Shown piece after piece: positions 1 through 12,216 of a stretch of 64,000 bases of DNA. The stretch spans positions 372,001 through 436,000 of the forward strand of contig CM030337.1 of NCBI GenBank assembly GCA_017654855.1, read 5' to 3'. Source of the DNA: Podospora anserina. Taxonomy: Eukaryota. The translations under genes were made by a program, and so were the position numbers. Positions within the stretch are counted from its first letter, which is position 1. Each line of letters starts with the position of its first letter. The notes below the pieces were generated by a model. That model did no database searches. It was not told the origin of the DNA and saw nothing but the letters and a program-made list of their open reading frames with translations.

Positions 1-481
1 TGCAAGGCAGTTGAACAGTTCGTTGTGGTCCATCAGATCTTTCCGAATACTGTTCACCACCAGGTGTAATAGCTCGTGCTGCTCGTGCAAGAACAAGGTC
101 ATTGCCAAATACCCAATCTGCTTCTCCGAGTACTTTGTTGCCGAGATGAGATTAACTGCCTCGAGGTGTCCAAAATCGACGTTCCAGCCCAGAATGTAGA
201 TGTACAGAAGCTTGCAAACATATTTCTTTTTGTGATACCCGCTCAGATTACCATCTGCCAGCCATGTCAGTGTGGGCTTATAGAATACATGTGATCGGAA
301 AGAGGGGTCGCAAACCTTTGAACTTTTGCCTGATATTGGCCAGTTCCTTGTTGATTCTCTTCTCTTCCAATTCTCGAGCACGCGCATTGCGCAAGTCGGC
401 AATGAACTGCACTAGTCCTCGCATATTGGCATTGCTGCTGCTGGATCGGCCCAGAAAGCCCGTGGGGCCTGAAGACGCCAT
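1..481 (-). CDS. APL3: AP-2 adaptor complex alpha subunit, 5' part (runs off window). Exon1 481-316, intron 315-255, exon2 254-1
   Basis: [74 protein letters not shown] is the alpha-adaptin N-terminus; GT..CTGAC..CAG intron. Confidence 0.95.
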
Positions 482-1861
482 TTTGTGATATCCTCAACTC
501 TGTTCTGCTCTTGTATGATGCAAGCTAAGCTGGGCGTAATGTCTGCAACAAAATGCAGTGTAGTGTGGTAATGCCGTCAAGGCCTGGTAATCCCCCCAGC
601 TTTCAATATCCCCGTCACGCGACTAGTCTAGACGAAGGGCTCAAGTATAAGCGAAATCGACAGAGAAAGTCGAGGTTTCGGAGGCTGGATTTCAAAGACA
701 ACGGAGCAGGGAAGCAGCAACAGTGTGGTTTCTGGCTGGTTGAGTTCGAGCGCGCTTCGAATCGATCGAAAGCTAACGGGAATCGGCCGGCTGCATCTCA
801 GAGCCCCAAATGCCCAAGGCTGGGTGTACGAGAACTGATACGTGTGGTGTTGACAACGATATCGTGTATATCGTTAAAATTCCGACGGTCGACGATGCTG
901 GCGACAGTGGCTGGCTCACAATGCGTCGCCTCGAGGTAGTCGTCGGGATGCGGTCGGGTCGGCTCAGGGGGGTTGCTGTGGAATTGGAGGGTCTGGAAAA
1001 AGATGGAGCATTGTCGCATTGGCGCAGCTGCTCTGATCCCTGTCCATGCTCGAACGCGAGATGTGGACGGCGCGCTAAAGACTTGGTCGATGGCCAAGTG
1101 TACAGTCAGGTGATACAGCACGTGAGTAAACCAGCACAGACCAATTCACTTCCCCAGATGAGGTGAAACTGTCCCAGACGGACAGATTTGTCAACGAACT
1201 GGGCATCGTTGTACACTCTTTTCATCTGGTCCTTATTCTTACATTTCTGCATTACTTATCTTCCCCGCGCATAGGTCCGCTCGGTCGAGGCCCAATGAGA
1301 CCGCAATGGCACAAACTTGATACCTGGTACCCTCGAGCCTGGCTCAGTGTCTAGAGAGAGAGAGTAAAACGACCGCCACCAAGGGATCATATTACGAATC
1401 AATAGTATCTTTTGCACTCTCTACTACAAGTCCACAGCCTACCTACTGTCCGTTCGGCATTGCCATCATAAATGATAAAGCTGACAGGTCCTCATCATGC
1501 GCGCTGGCGCGGCTGAGGGCGCTTAATCGAAACCACTACTGCACACTATGCTTGTTAGTTAGAAGACGCGAGTCCCTAATCTGGCATGGTCCAACCGACA
1601 ATGCAGAAGAGAGGCACAGTTGCGGCGGTAATGCTACCTACCCAACCACATCTCAGGATCCGATGCTGATTGGCCTGCTCGGTTCTTTTCTTGATTGATC
1701 ATGCCAAAAAACATCTTGCAAAAGGTTCACACCGGCCGCGTCGGGATAGAAGATAGCACAAGTTCCTTCAGGCTTTTTATCCTTTCCTTCCCTTCTCCAC
1801 CGATCCTCCTTCCTTTCTCTCCGTAGATTACAAGTTGGGGCTTCACCAGTCACTCGCCATC

Positions 1862-2696
1862 ATGGAACAGGATCCTAGAAGTGTTAGTACCGTTGCATAT
1901 ATTACCAACTAGACAGTGCCTACCTAACACCACCTTGCAGTATCCCGTAGCTATTCTTCCAGGGGGGGATGCTCCTGAGGTCCACCAACACCAAACCCAA
2001 GCATATTTCAAGTCATACGAACAGCAGCAGCCATACTACCAAAATCAGTACCCGCAGTCCCACACCATTCTCGGCGCTGAGGACTCCGTCGAGCCCAAGG
2101 AAAAGAGGATATGCGGTGTTCGACTGAGCATTCTCTTCTTCGTCACCACGGGACTACTGTTCCTTGTCATTGCGGCGCTAGCTTTGGTTGGAGGTTTACT
2201 GGGAAGCAAGATCTCCTCGCTCGAGACATCGTACCCAGCACTCGCCAGTAATGTCGCCGCGATAGCCGGAGGGAGCACAAGTGGCGGGAACGACCAGATT
2301 GCACCGATCGACGACAATACCAACACCGGTACCGAAACACCGCCGCCATCACAAACAAGCAGTGCGCCGGTATCTTACTCGACCAATGTCGTTGTTGATG
2401 GCTACCGCTATGTTGGCTGCTATTACGACGATACCCAGCGCCTGCTGATTGACCAGCCGGCAAAGGGGAACAGCTCCATGACGAACCTTATGTGCTCTCG
2501 CATCTGCGCGGGCTTCAAATACTTTGGCACTGAGATTGGCATCGATTGCTACTGTGGCAACAGAATAGAGGAGCGCACTCCTAGTGCCAAAGCAAACGAG
2601 TGGGATTGCAGCGTCAAGTGCCCAGGCAACAATAGGGGGAGGAAAGAAGTGTGTGGCGGCGATTGGTCGATTAGTATCTGGGAAAAGACAGGCTAG
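1862..2696 (+). CDS. Single-pass membrane protein with C-terminal WSC domain. Exons 1862-1882, 1941-2696
   Basis: Hydrophobic TM stretch after KRICG, S/T-rich linker, WSC pattern YVGCY..D..R..MT...C...C..FKYFGTE.G..CYCGN..C...CPGN...CGG; ATG 1862 joins ORF 1881..2696 via GTTAGT..CAG intron. Confidence 0.85.
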
Positions 2697-3070
2697 TCCA
2701 GGCCGTGCCTGACTGAAATCATGATTGTTGGTATTAACAGGCATGCGAGCGAGGAGTTGGAGGTTCATTTCTTGGTTTATCTTAACACATGTATAATTAT
2801 TTAAAGCATTGGATGCCTTATATGGAGGACATATTATACGATCGTAGTTGTGAATATCTATTTGACCTAAAGTCTAAAGGAACTACATACATAGAGAATG
2901 GATGCCGGTTATTGTCCGTCACACGCCAAGCCTAAAGAAGGTAGCTTCCCACAATTAACCGCCGTCCATGACGTTTTGGCGCCTCCAATGTCAGTCCTCG
3001 GATTGCAAACCTCACTTTTTTGCTTCCTCAAGATGCGACGCCATAGCCATTGCGCATTCACACAGAAAGA

Positions 3071-4232
3071 ATGCGGCTGACCCCTTTCTCCCCAACAGCC
3101 CTTCGCAGGCCACTGTCATCCCGCCTAGTCCCAAAAATCCCACACCAAAAAAGACCCTACGCCTTCCAGACCTCTGGCATCCCCACCTCCTTCCATGTCT
3201 TCAACAACCGCACAAAATGGCTCCAGCGTGAGCGCGCCGCCTCCAACGCTGAAGCCAGCCGACAGGCCGACTATCTGAAAGATGAAGTCGCCATGCGCGT
3301 GGCCGAACGGCTCTTGGTATTCCCTACCCTCACGACACCTTAAATCTCACTTCATGTTCCATTTATTTATTAACCACCTACCCACCCACCCCCAGGACGT
3401 AAAACGAACCTTTCCCTTGACCCTCGATTTCGGAGCCTACACCAACTCCCTCGCCCGCGCACTCACAAACCCCAACCCTGACCCCTCCCAGCCCGACGCG
3501 GACATCCCACCCCTGGCCACCAAAATCGGCAAGCTCGTCGCTGCCGACTCGAGCCAAAAGGCTCTCTTCCGGGACGCGGAGCTCGAGTTCAACAAGGAGA
3601 TCAACATGGAGCGTGTTGTCTTGCCGTACGAGGAGGGCCCCTTGCCGTGGGAGGACAACACGTTTGACATGGTGCTGTCAAGCCTGTCCATGCACTGGAT
3701 CAATGATCTCCCTGGTGTGTTGGGGCAGATCAACCGGATTCTCAAGCCGGATGCCCCGTTTATTGGGGCCATGCTGGGGGGTGATACGCTTTTTGAGCTG
3801 AGGACTTCGTTGCAGCTGGCGGAGCAGGAAAGGAGGGGCGGGATTGGCGTTCATGTGTCGCCGTTGGCGGATGTCAAGGATGTCGGGGGGTTGCTGGGGA
3901 AGGCAGGGTTCAAGATGTTGACGGTGGATGTGGAGGACATTGTGGTGGAATACCCTGATACTTTTGCGTTGATGGAGGACCTCCAGGCCATGGGAGAGGG
4001 CAATGCGGTGTTGGGGAGGGAGGTGGGTGCGATTGGAAAGGATGTTCTGCTTGCAGCGGAGGGGATATATAGGGAACTTCATGGAAGCAAGGACGAGGAC
4101 GGGACTGTGAGGCTACCGGCGACATTCAGGGTGATACACATGATTGGGTGGAAAGAAGGAGGGGATCAACCAAAGCCGTTGCCGAGGGGCAGTGGAGAGA
4201 TCAATCTAAGGGATGTGTTGGGAACAAAATAG
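3071..4232 (+). CDS. SAM-dependent methyltransferase-fold protein, NDUFAF5-like complex I assembly factor. Exons 3071-3316, 3396-4232
   Basis: Mitochondrial-type N-terminus; DYLKDEVA.R..ERLLD, FDMVLSSLSMHWINDLPG, GGDTLFELRTSLQLAEQERRGGI, PATFRVIHMIGWK, RGSG motifs. Confidence 0.9.
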
Positions 4233-4363
4233 ATGACGACTCAACATCGTCGTCAATGTCATTGTATTTTGGCCTGTCGCTCATGAAAACGCCTTGTAAA
4301 AATATTCCCCCACACTGTTCTATCCGCCTGTTTCCTGGAATTCGCATGTACAATGCAAATGTC

Positions 4364-5056
4364 TTATACCCTCCGGAAATCAGTCATGACTCTCCCAATG
4401 CACCCCAGCCCGGCCACATCCACCACCTTCTCATGCCAACTAAGCAAGACGCTCATGGCGGCGCCGGTGGAGTCTCCGGCTGTTATCCCGGACCTGTTGC
4501 CAATCTGACTGAACCCCGTTGCCTGGGGCGTCATCAACTTGGTTGGTGTTCTCGGGCCGTTGCCGGTGTGCTGGCTGGAGATACCGCTCGACGTGGCCGC
4601 CATACCCTTGTACCTATTCACATCATGTCAGCATGTGCCTCGCCCCCTTTTTTTGCGCCCAACAATAACTGACAAGTACTTCATCAACACGTCCAAGCTC
4701 TCGCTACCCCTATCATCATTGTAGATCTTTTGCAAAAGAGGCGTCATCTCGTTCACCTTGATCCTTTGCAGCACCTCGATGACGGTCTGCAGATGCGTTT
4801 CCTTGGCCAGATCGGGAGCATTGTAGATTGGATTCTCGAGAGCCGACCGCAGCGCGCCCTCGGCATCGCCCGCTTGGAGGAGCTGGCGGATCTGAGACTG
4901 GAGGTTGCGGGCGTCTGGGTCGGAGAATTCGGGCTGGGGAGGGTGGAGGGTGGAGAGAGGGAAGTTCTGGGAGGAGTCGGGGTCGAGGGCATCGATGTTG
5001 ATGGTGCGCCAGGCATCGGTGAGCGAGGACTCGGTGTGTTGTTGGATAATAGACAT
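4364..5056 (-). CDS. ARC15: Arp2/3 complex subunit 5 (ARPC5). Exons 5056-4674, 4613-4364
   Basis: WRTINIDALD, DVLMKYL|YKGMA, SVLLSWHEKVVDVAGLGCIGRVMTD.RRV motifs. Confidence 0.93.
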
Positions 5057-5708
5057 TGTTGGGCTATTTCTCTGTGGTTATACGATTTGTGCGGTTTTGG
5101 ATATGGTGAAATTGAGATCGTGGCACTGTCGGTTGGAAGTGGTGATGTTGAGAAATAGTGTTGGTTGATAGCTCCGTGTGGAACTGGATTGCTGGACAGC
5201 TTGACGTTGCGCATGCAGCTTGCGTTGACGAGGCAGGGAGACGGGTTCAGGCAAACTGCGCCCTGCCCCGCACTGGTCCGACGGTGAGCTTACGGCCCCA
5301 CCCCGGGGCTCCACTGCCGGTTTCTGATGGAGGCCGGAGCTCTGCGGGGAGGACTCGGGGCTTAAACAGACTTTATGTTAATCAATAGTTTACAATCTTT
5401 ACTTCGCTTCTTCAAATCACTTTTGAGCATACCAAGCCCTAAGACAAGAGACATTTGAAGCTCACGGCATCCTTTTCCCTCAAACCTTACTGGTTTTCGT
5501 GCTTTCACAAACAGCGCCAACCCTGAAAAATGCTCCCTTGGCTCCGGATCCCTGGTTCAACTTTTCAAGGTATTGCCCAGCAAGTGCCCACACACACCTC
5601 CCAGAAACCCGCACCCACCCACACACAACAAGAAAAATCTCTTCCCTCACATTAACCCTTCTCCCACCACTGAATTTAACAACAAAGCATGGTTGATCGT
5701 TAGCCACT

Positions 5709-5795
5709 GCCCGGCTAGCTCAATCGGTAGAGCGTGAGACTCTTAAGGAGTACTCCGATATCTCAAGGTTGTGGGTTCGACCCCCACGTCGGGCT
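5709..5795 (+). tRNA. tRNA-Lys(CTT) with intron
   Basis: GCCCGGC/GTCGGGC acceptor stem, TAGCTCAATCGGTAGAGC D-arm, TGAGA-CTCTTA-intron-ATCTCA, GTGGGTTCGACCCCCAC T-arm. Confidence 0.97.
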
Positions 5796-6204
5796 CAATT
5801 CCCGTCGAAACGACACTTAAGACCATGTTATTTTTTGTATTTTTCTTTTGACTTTTGTTGCTCTTCATCTTGCTGTCGATGGCATTTCACTCTCACCATT
5901 AGTGCAGGGTGTTAGTGGATGGACAATATGCCTAATATCAACCTGAATTAGGAGAGTAGTGTATTCCACTCACCATGAAGCAAGACTTCACCGCCTTATC
6001 TTTTGATATGACTACTACTAGAAACACTACCTGTCTGGTTCGTGAGCAACATAGGGGGGATTCTTTCTTTCTTTACGAACATAGCTTGACCGTTACAGAC
6101 CCTCGTCTATACCTCGATTAGCCAAACTACTTAGATATTGTAGGCCTCGAAAACCACATTAGACTTACAACGACAAGAATGAGTAGGCCATATTTCCCAG
6201 GTTC

Positions 6205-6997
6205 TCAAGAAACCACATCTGGTGTACTGAGTCGGCTCCTGCAATCCTCCTTGTCTTCATTTCTGCAGTCCTCGCGTTTCTGGTCGTCGTCGTTCGCCCG
6301 GTCTTCGGTATGTATTGCATCCTCGTCCCAGGTAGAATAACTCTGCTCACCAACGTCGTCCTCGATAAGATCCTCTATCTCACTTGTACCTTGCTGCCAA
6401 GCGTGATGTTTTTCCAGAGGGCTTGACCTCGTGGGCGAGATCTCTAGCGATGGGAGGATATCAGAGAAAATTTCTTGAGGATCACGCTTCCTAGCTGTGT
6501 TCTGAGAGCCATCTTCTCCGGACAAATCGAGAGGGTCTCCCTCAGAGTCAGATATTTCAGACTTTTCCCGCTTCCTATGATCCCGTCCCCATACAATCAG
6601 CAAAGCCTGACTATCAGCGTACCGTCAAGAGCGCTGACCTCGGGGGAGATGAAGAGGCCCAGCCATTATGTGCCGGCCAAATGTTGGATTCCTCTCCCAA
6701 CCTCGGAGGCTCAGGCTCTAGCTTGGTCCGTTTCCGTTTTAGAAGCAAAGGGGAACTTGGGGGCGGTTGACCCTTCGCGGAACAGGTGGTGGTCATGTTT
6801 CTTGGAGATATATGGGCACAAAGCCTAGGCGAGATGCCCACAGCTCGCAGTTCTAAAGGTTGAAGAGGGTGCGTGTTGACCTTCTCCCCGCCATATGCAA
6901 TAGTGAGATGCCGGGTTTGGAAAGAACCAGCGTTCATGTACCCACACAAGTCATGTACTGCATAGGTAGGTTCCTTCCTCTCGATCGTCGAAAGCAC
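6205..6997 (-). CDS. Possible lineage-specific or degenerate gene with acidic C-terminal region; exon structure unresolved
   Basis: Two consecutive minus-strand ORFs (6614-6997, 6205-6603), the second protein-like and acidic; no recognisable domain. Confidence 0.25.
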
Positions 6998-7318
6998 TGT
7001 CGCACTTTCCCGTCCTTGAGCAACCAGCCCCTGCTGTCTAGGTCCTCAACATTCTGCGGAAGGAACCAGAGCATCTAGGACAATGTTCCTGGCCGCTCGG
7101 GAACAGCACGTGCGAACATCCGCCCACGGGATGTTATTTAACGTTCCTTGCCACAAGCATTCATTATCAGTCGGGTAGACATGCTGCGAGGAAAGAATGC
7201 TGTTCTATAGCATCTCGTAGATTGCCATGGAAACATCAAAACGACAAAAGAACTTGGCAAAAAATGTATCGCCAGTCGGATAGACTGAGAATCTGGGCAA
7301 AAGAGAAGTCTCTTCTTA

Positions 7319-7389
7319 TGCATCAGCCGTGAATCGAACACGGGGCCCATCGATGGCAACGATGGATTTTACCACTAAACCACTGATGC
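7319..7389 (-). tRNA. tRNA-Gly(GCC)
   Basis: Reverse complement GCATCAGTGGTTTAGTGGTAAAATCCATCGTTGCCATCGATGGGCCCCGTGTTCGATTCACGGCTGATGCA folds as a cloverleaf, anticodon GCC. Confidence 0.96.
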
Positions 7390-7841
7390 TTTTAGGGTTG
7401 TTACATGTTAGGGGGTGGACCTTGTACCTCAATTTGCAGCTTGTACCCACCCGCGATGGTGTTTCGAGTCAGACATCATGAGAAAAGGCATGGATATCAT
7501 TCCCCCAACCTAGAGCTCATCAAGCGAGAGGGTTGTATGCATACATGCCTGAAGTTCAGCTACAATAATAAATCTTATATACTAGTGTATTCTTCTTCTT
7601 AGACACCTTAAACACTCACCTTACACCTCTTAGGTTCCAACCACTAGCTACCTTTATCTAGCTGAAAAATGCACATCTAACAAAAGATAAGACCGACAAC
7701 CTCAACCCAGCTATATGTCATAGAGAAAACCCGAACACAACGCCAGCCAGGTGGCCACCAAGCCCACAAAACCTAAACAACAAAAAGACATCATGACTGG
7801 CCTAATGAGAAAAAGAGATCGAATCGCATCGACGGGAATTG

Positions 7842-7932
7842 AGCCCGACGTGGGGGTCGAACCCACAACCTTGAGATATCGGAGTACTCTGTACATAAGA
7901 GTCTCACGCTCTAACGATTGAGCTAGCCGGGC
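7842..7932 (-). tRNA. tRNA-Lys(CTT) with intron, D-loop G19->U variant
   Basis: Near-identical to the copy at 24725, but D-loop reads CAATCGTTAGAG instead of CAATCGGTAGAG. Confidence 0.9.
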
Positions 7933-10900
7933 AAGGTTATACCCATTATTCTATGTGTGGCATGTCCCAGGGTGGGTTTATGTGTAGTGTAGGGCTTTGT
8001 GTCTTGTGGAGGTTGATAAGAGGTGTTCCCTGGGGGCGAGCAGCACCACTGACTCGAGCTTGGGATTGGAAACAAGCTGGCAACCCTTGGGTTTGTGAGG
8101 AAACCTGGGTTCGAAAGGTTGGTCCTGTGGGAAGCTTGAGCTTGGAGTTGAACTTGAGCTATGAGCTTTTGGGATATGCTGTGACCATGTGCCTGAACAT
8201 GTGCGAGCCTGAGGATATTCCCCCATGTAGGTAGTTTGAGCCAAGATGATCTGGGTCAATCTAACAGCTTGCCCACTCAACATTTTGCCCAAGTTAAAGA
8301 TGAGTTTATTCTCAAAACGTGAGCTTTGTCAGTCCTAGGCTCTGCCCACTATGGCCTGGATCTGGCTCTATTAAAATGATTATTAACACCAGAGAGGATG
8401 ATTCTATCTTGTATTTGTCTTAATGACTGGCCAAGTGACTGCAGTTTTGAACTCTGTTTGTAACTGTACAAGCTATTGTGCTATAGGCAGAATGCGTGAA
8501 AGACACAGCTACCAATATATCCTCAAAGCCATACCTCTCTTCCTTCCATCAAGCTCCAGGCTTCGAAGTCTTCTCACCTACTTTGGGTCTTTGTTCTCGA
8601 GCTTGCCTATTTATCTTTTACTCGAGGAAGTATATGCATGTACTGCTTAGATTTATATGGCTTGCAAAACCTATCATGACCTATAAGGCAGTTCCAGTTA
8701 TATGTCGAATTTGGATTTCTATGCGTTGAACCACGAGTGAAGCTCTAGGTATCAGGGCATCTGAAGAGCATGGTTGTCCTGCCCAATGGTCTATTTGTGG
8801 ATGAGGCATCTCAATACCTTAGGTGCAGTAGAAGTCATTTCAACGGCCAGCCGACACTCTCCTGCCACCCGGGTCTAGGTAACTTCCTTTCTCGTCAAAA
8901 AGTTCGATGTAGCAGAGTATGATGTGCCGAATTGCCCAGTTCTCAGCCCTGGAAAGACATCATGCGAGGAACCCGGGCATCATAAACGACCGACCTCCCA
9001 TCCAACCCTTTGCCCAATGACGAGAATGCACCGTTGCTCACCAAGCCGTCACGATCCCGTCACAAACGAAACACATCACCCTCTGTTCATTCCTCCTTAT
9101 CACTCATGGTGTAGACCCTCTAGTCTCGCGATGCCATCACCAGTGTCTCCATATATAACCCACCGGCACTTCGCAGCGACATCGTGAGCCTTCCAAGTCC
9201 CGTGACAAACTAACAGGTGTCAAACCTACCAGTCAAATGTCACGGTCGCTTTCGCTTCTAACTCAGCAAGTTACTTCCTCCCTGAGTGATAAACTCGTTT
9301 TTCACACCCTCACCAGCCCATCCCGTTTCAACTCCTTCGGCACGAGCAGCCGAGAACGGTACCCATGACGACCGGTACAAAGTGAAAGGAGCAAGGGGAA
9401 CACAAAAGTCGGAGGGAACCAATCCTCTGAGTAATAACTCATCCAGGAAAAAAAGTTATCGTTGAGCATAACCTCCTGCCCACCGAAGGTGAGAGGAGAG
9501 GTCTGACCGTACACCGCCACGAACCAGCCTTGTCAACCGACTGGCTGGTTGCCCAGGCAAAACAGGGCTGTTGTTTGGAAAAATTTTCATTCCTTCCTGT
9601 TGGTTCTCACCTTCTAGCCCCGGGCGTGGTCGACCCGTCTGGGTGCTATCAGGCAGGGTATTATAGCTCCGGGGTTGACACCTCTTTGGGATGATGACAC
9701 CCGCCATCAACCACGCAGCCCTCCAAAAAATTAAATAAAACGGTCAAACAACAAAGTCCCGACAGGCAGGGATCTTTTTTAGGACTCTGTGGAGTTTTGC
9801 ACGGGAAGACCGTGGTGGACACGCAGTGGGCTGCTGGTGGTGAGACGAAGGTGTGGAATTCACTTGGAGAAAGCACGCTGGAACATTTTTAACAACTGCC
9901 TGTTCGGTAGACAAACCCGTGAGCGCCGAGTTGAAGTTTTACTTTTTTTTTTTGGCTGTTCTGGGGTTAATACGGAGAAAGAGTGTACAGAACGGGTTCA
10001 CATCCCGAATCAAGCAGGCTGTTGTTGAAGAAATCAAGGGACAGAGACGGCCTGAGCTTTGGGATTGGGTAGGTATGATACCACCGGCATCCCCCCATCT
10101 TTCTCTCTTGGGATCTGGGGTTCGGTGAGAAAGAAATATCGGCAGCATGGGGCTCTATTGGTTAGCGTCTTCCCACGCGTGTGGCATCGGAGACGTGTTC
10201 CCAGGGCAGGCAAGTCAAAAAAAGTCACCTGCTTGACAGTCCATCCGCCTAGATTAGCGAAATATCATGTTCCATGAATGTGGGAGGAGCGGGAGAAAAA
10301 GAGGTTTCAAAGGCAAAGGGGCATGAGGAAGGTGGCCGCCATGACGGTAAATCTACCTGTGTCTTGGACAGGATGATGAGGCCATAGAGTGAAGAAATAA
10401 TGCAGGAGCGGCAGTGGTGGTTAAGGGCGATGACGGGTGTGTGTCGTAAAAACATCGCTCTCGCTACCAGCTCGCCAACATGTCAGGGCCGGCCGGTGAT
10501 GAACAGGACAAATATTCAAGCCCAAATTTCACGAGCCGTCTTTCCCCGTCGCATATCCCCCAGATTTCTTTTGAGTGGTTGCATTTGGATACGCACCACC
10601 CACATCGCATCGCATCGCATCCGCCTTGCATCTCGCATCGTGACCCCCCAGGGTAATGATCCAGAGGCAACCATTGCTTCTTTCCCTTACCTCGTGCTTC
10701 AGAACGATGACTCTCCCTCCCACACCAAGCCTCAGGAAATACCGAGTATTCGGGCCTTTGAGAGATGGTGGTATCAACGGGCGGGACGCGATTTCGCAGT
10801 GCAGATCGCGTTCACAGAGCAACTTGAAACGCGCCTCCCAAAACGTGGTTAGCTTCCATGCCGAGCACATGCCCAGCCGGCTGTTCGTCCCAGGAGCGAC

Positions 10901-11230
10901 GATGACAGCAAACGGAGCAAGATAACGAAAAGGGAACAGAACCAGAGAAGGGGGGGAAAAAACCCCAAAAAAACCAAAAAAAACCGAAATTACCAAAAAT
11001 GGCACAAGCGGAAAGCTTCCCCGGCCGGTCCCAAACAAATGATATCCCCGTTTGGACGGTTGGAAGTCAAAGTCATGATGATGACCGCCGCTCGATGCAA
11101 CACAAGAGCCGACCAAGGGGAAGTGACTCTTGCTGCTAACCATTTTGCTGGAATTGGTGAATGGTTGCCCTGTAAGCCTGTGCGCGATCATTGGCGATGG
11201 TTGATTGAATGAAAAGGCTTTGTTGATGGT

Positions 11231-11269
11231 GGTGATCCAGGTGATCCAGGTGATCCAGATGATCCCAGG
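11231..11269 (+). repeat. 9-bp tandem repeat (GGTGATCCA) x~4
   Basis: ggtgatccag gtgatccagg tgatccagat gatcccagg. Confidence 0.8.
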
Positions 11270-12171
11270 ACCCATGTCTGCAAGGTTCCCAAAATGCTTC
11301 CAGAAGAGTTCACTGGTGATGATAGGGGCGCGTGCGCTTTTTCCAAGTGCTTGCAGAAATTTGAGCGTCCGTGTCATTTCTTCGAGACCTGGTCCGGCCC
11401 GCGCATGCGCCATGAGGACCCGCCCGTCCGGATTGCTTCCCCGTTCCTGCATCGCATACGGAGTACACTACAACAACACGCCCAACACCGGGCAGCGGCC
11501 AGGTTCGCAGCCAGAGTGTGCACTGATATCACCAGGGCATGCAGACGCAGATGACAGCATCGCCCGAGAATACGGATAGCCCGCACCGTATCGTCTGCTC
11601 GCTCTTCCTTCTGCGTCATTGCGACGTGCAGAAAAACGATATGCGCAGTGGAGTTTGGCGACCCGGGTGACCCGGGCCCTGTGGCAGGCTTTGCAGAAAT
11701 GGGCTTAGCCTCATCGCGGTTGATGTTCCGTTGGGTCTTCTGGAAATTTGGATCTGAGTGCTGGGCAACAGACAGCTCGACAGGCCACCTGCTCCGTTTT
11801 GTGCTGATGGGGCCATTGCTGCCTCGTAACGGAGGTCAATCCAGGGATACTGACAGATGACCACAAAAACGGACCAGCTCTCGTCCAGTGCTGTTCTTCG
11901 CCAATCTTGAAATCGCAGCGAGATTGGGCTCATATGCGCCATCTGAAATGTGGGATCAACACTGTCTCAAAACCGTAGAGGCAGAGCTTCACTTGACACG
12001 TTCCGGCCGCAAATGGGTGCAGGCAGCAACCCTGGGCTGCTCGATGCAGACGAGAAACATCGAGCTGTCAACCTGACGATCCTTGGCTGGCGGAACACAC
12101 GTTCGGCCGTCACATGATGAGGCACAAATGCAATGCCCAGCACCGTGAGTGGACGCCTGTGCGTGAATGGA

Positions 12172-12216
12172 AATCTTCCCTCAACCGCCAATCTTCCCTC
12201 AACCGCCAATCTTCCC
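12172..12216 (+). repeat. 18-bp tandem repeat (AATCTTCCCTCAACCGCC) x2.5
   Basis: Direct reading of sequence. Confidence 0.8.
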
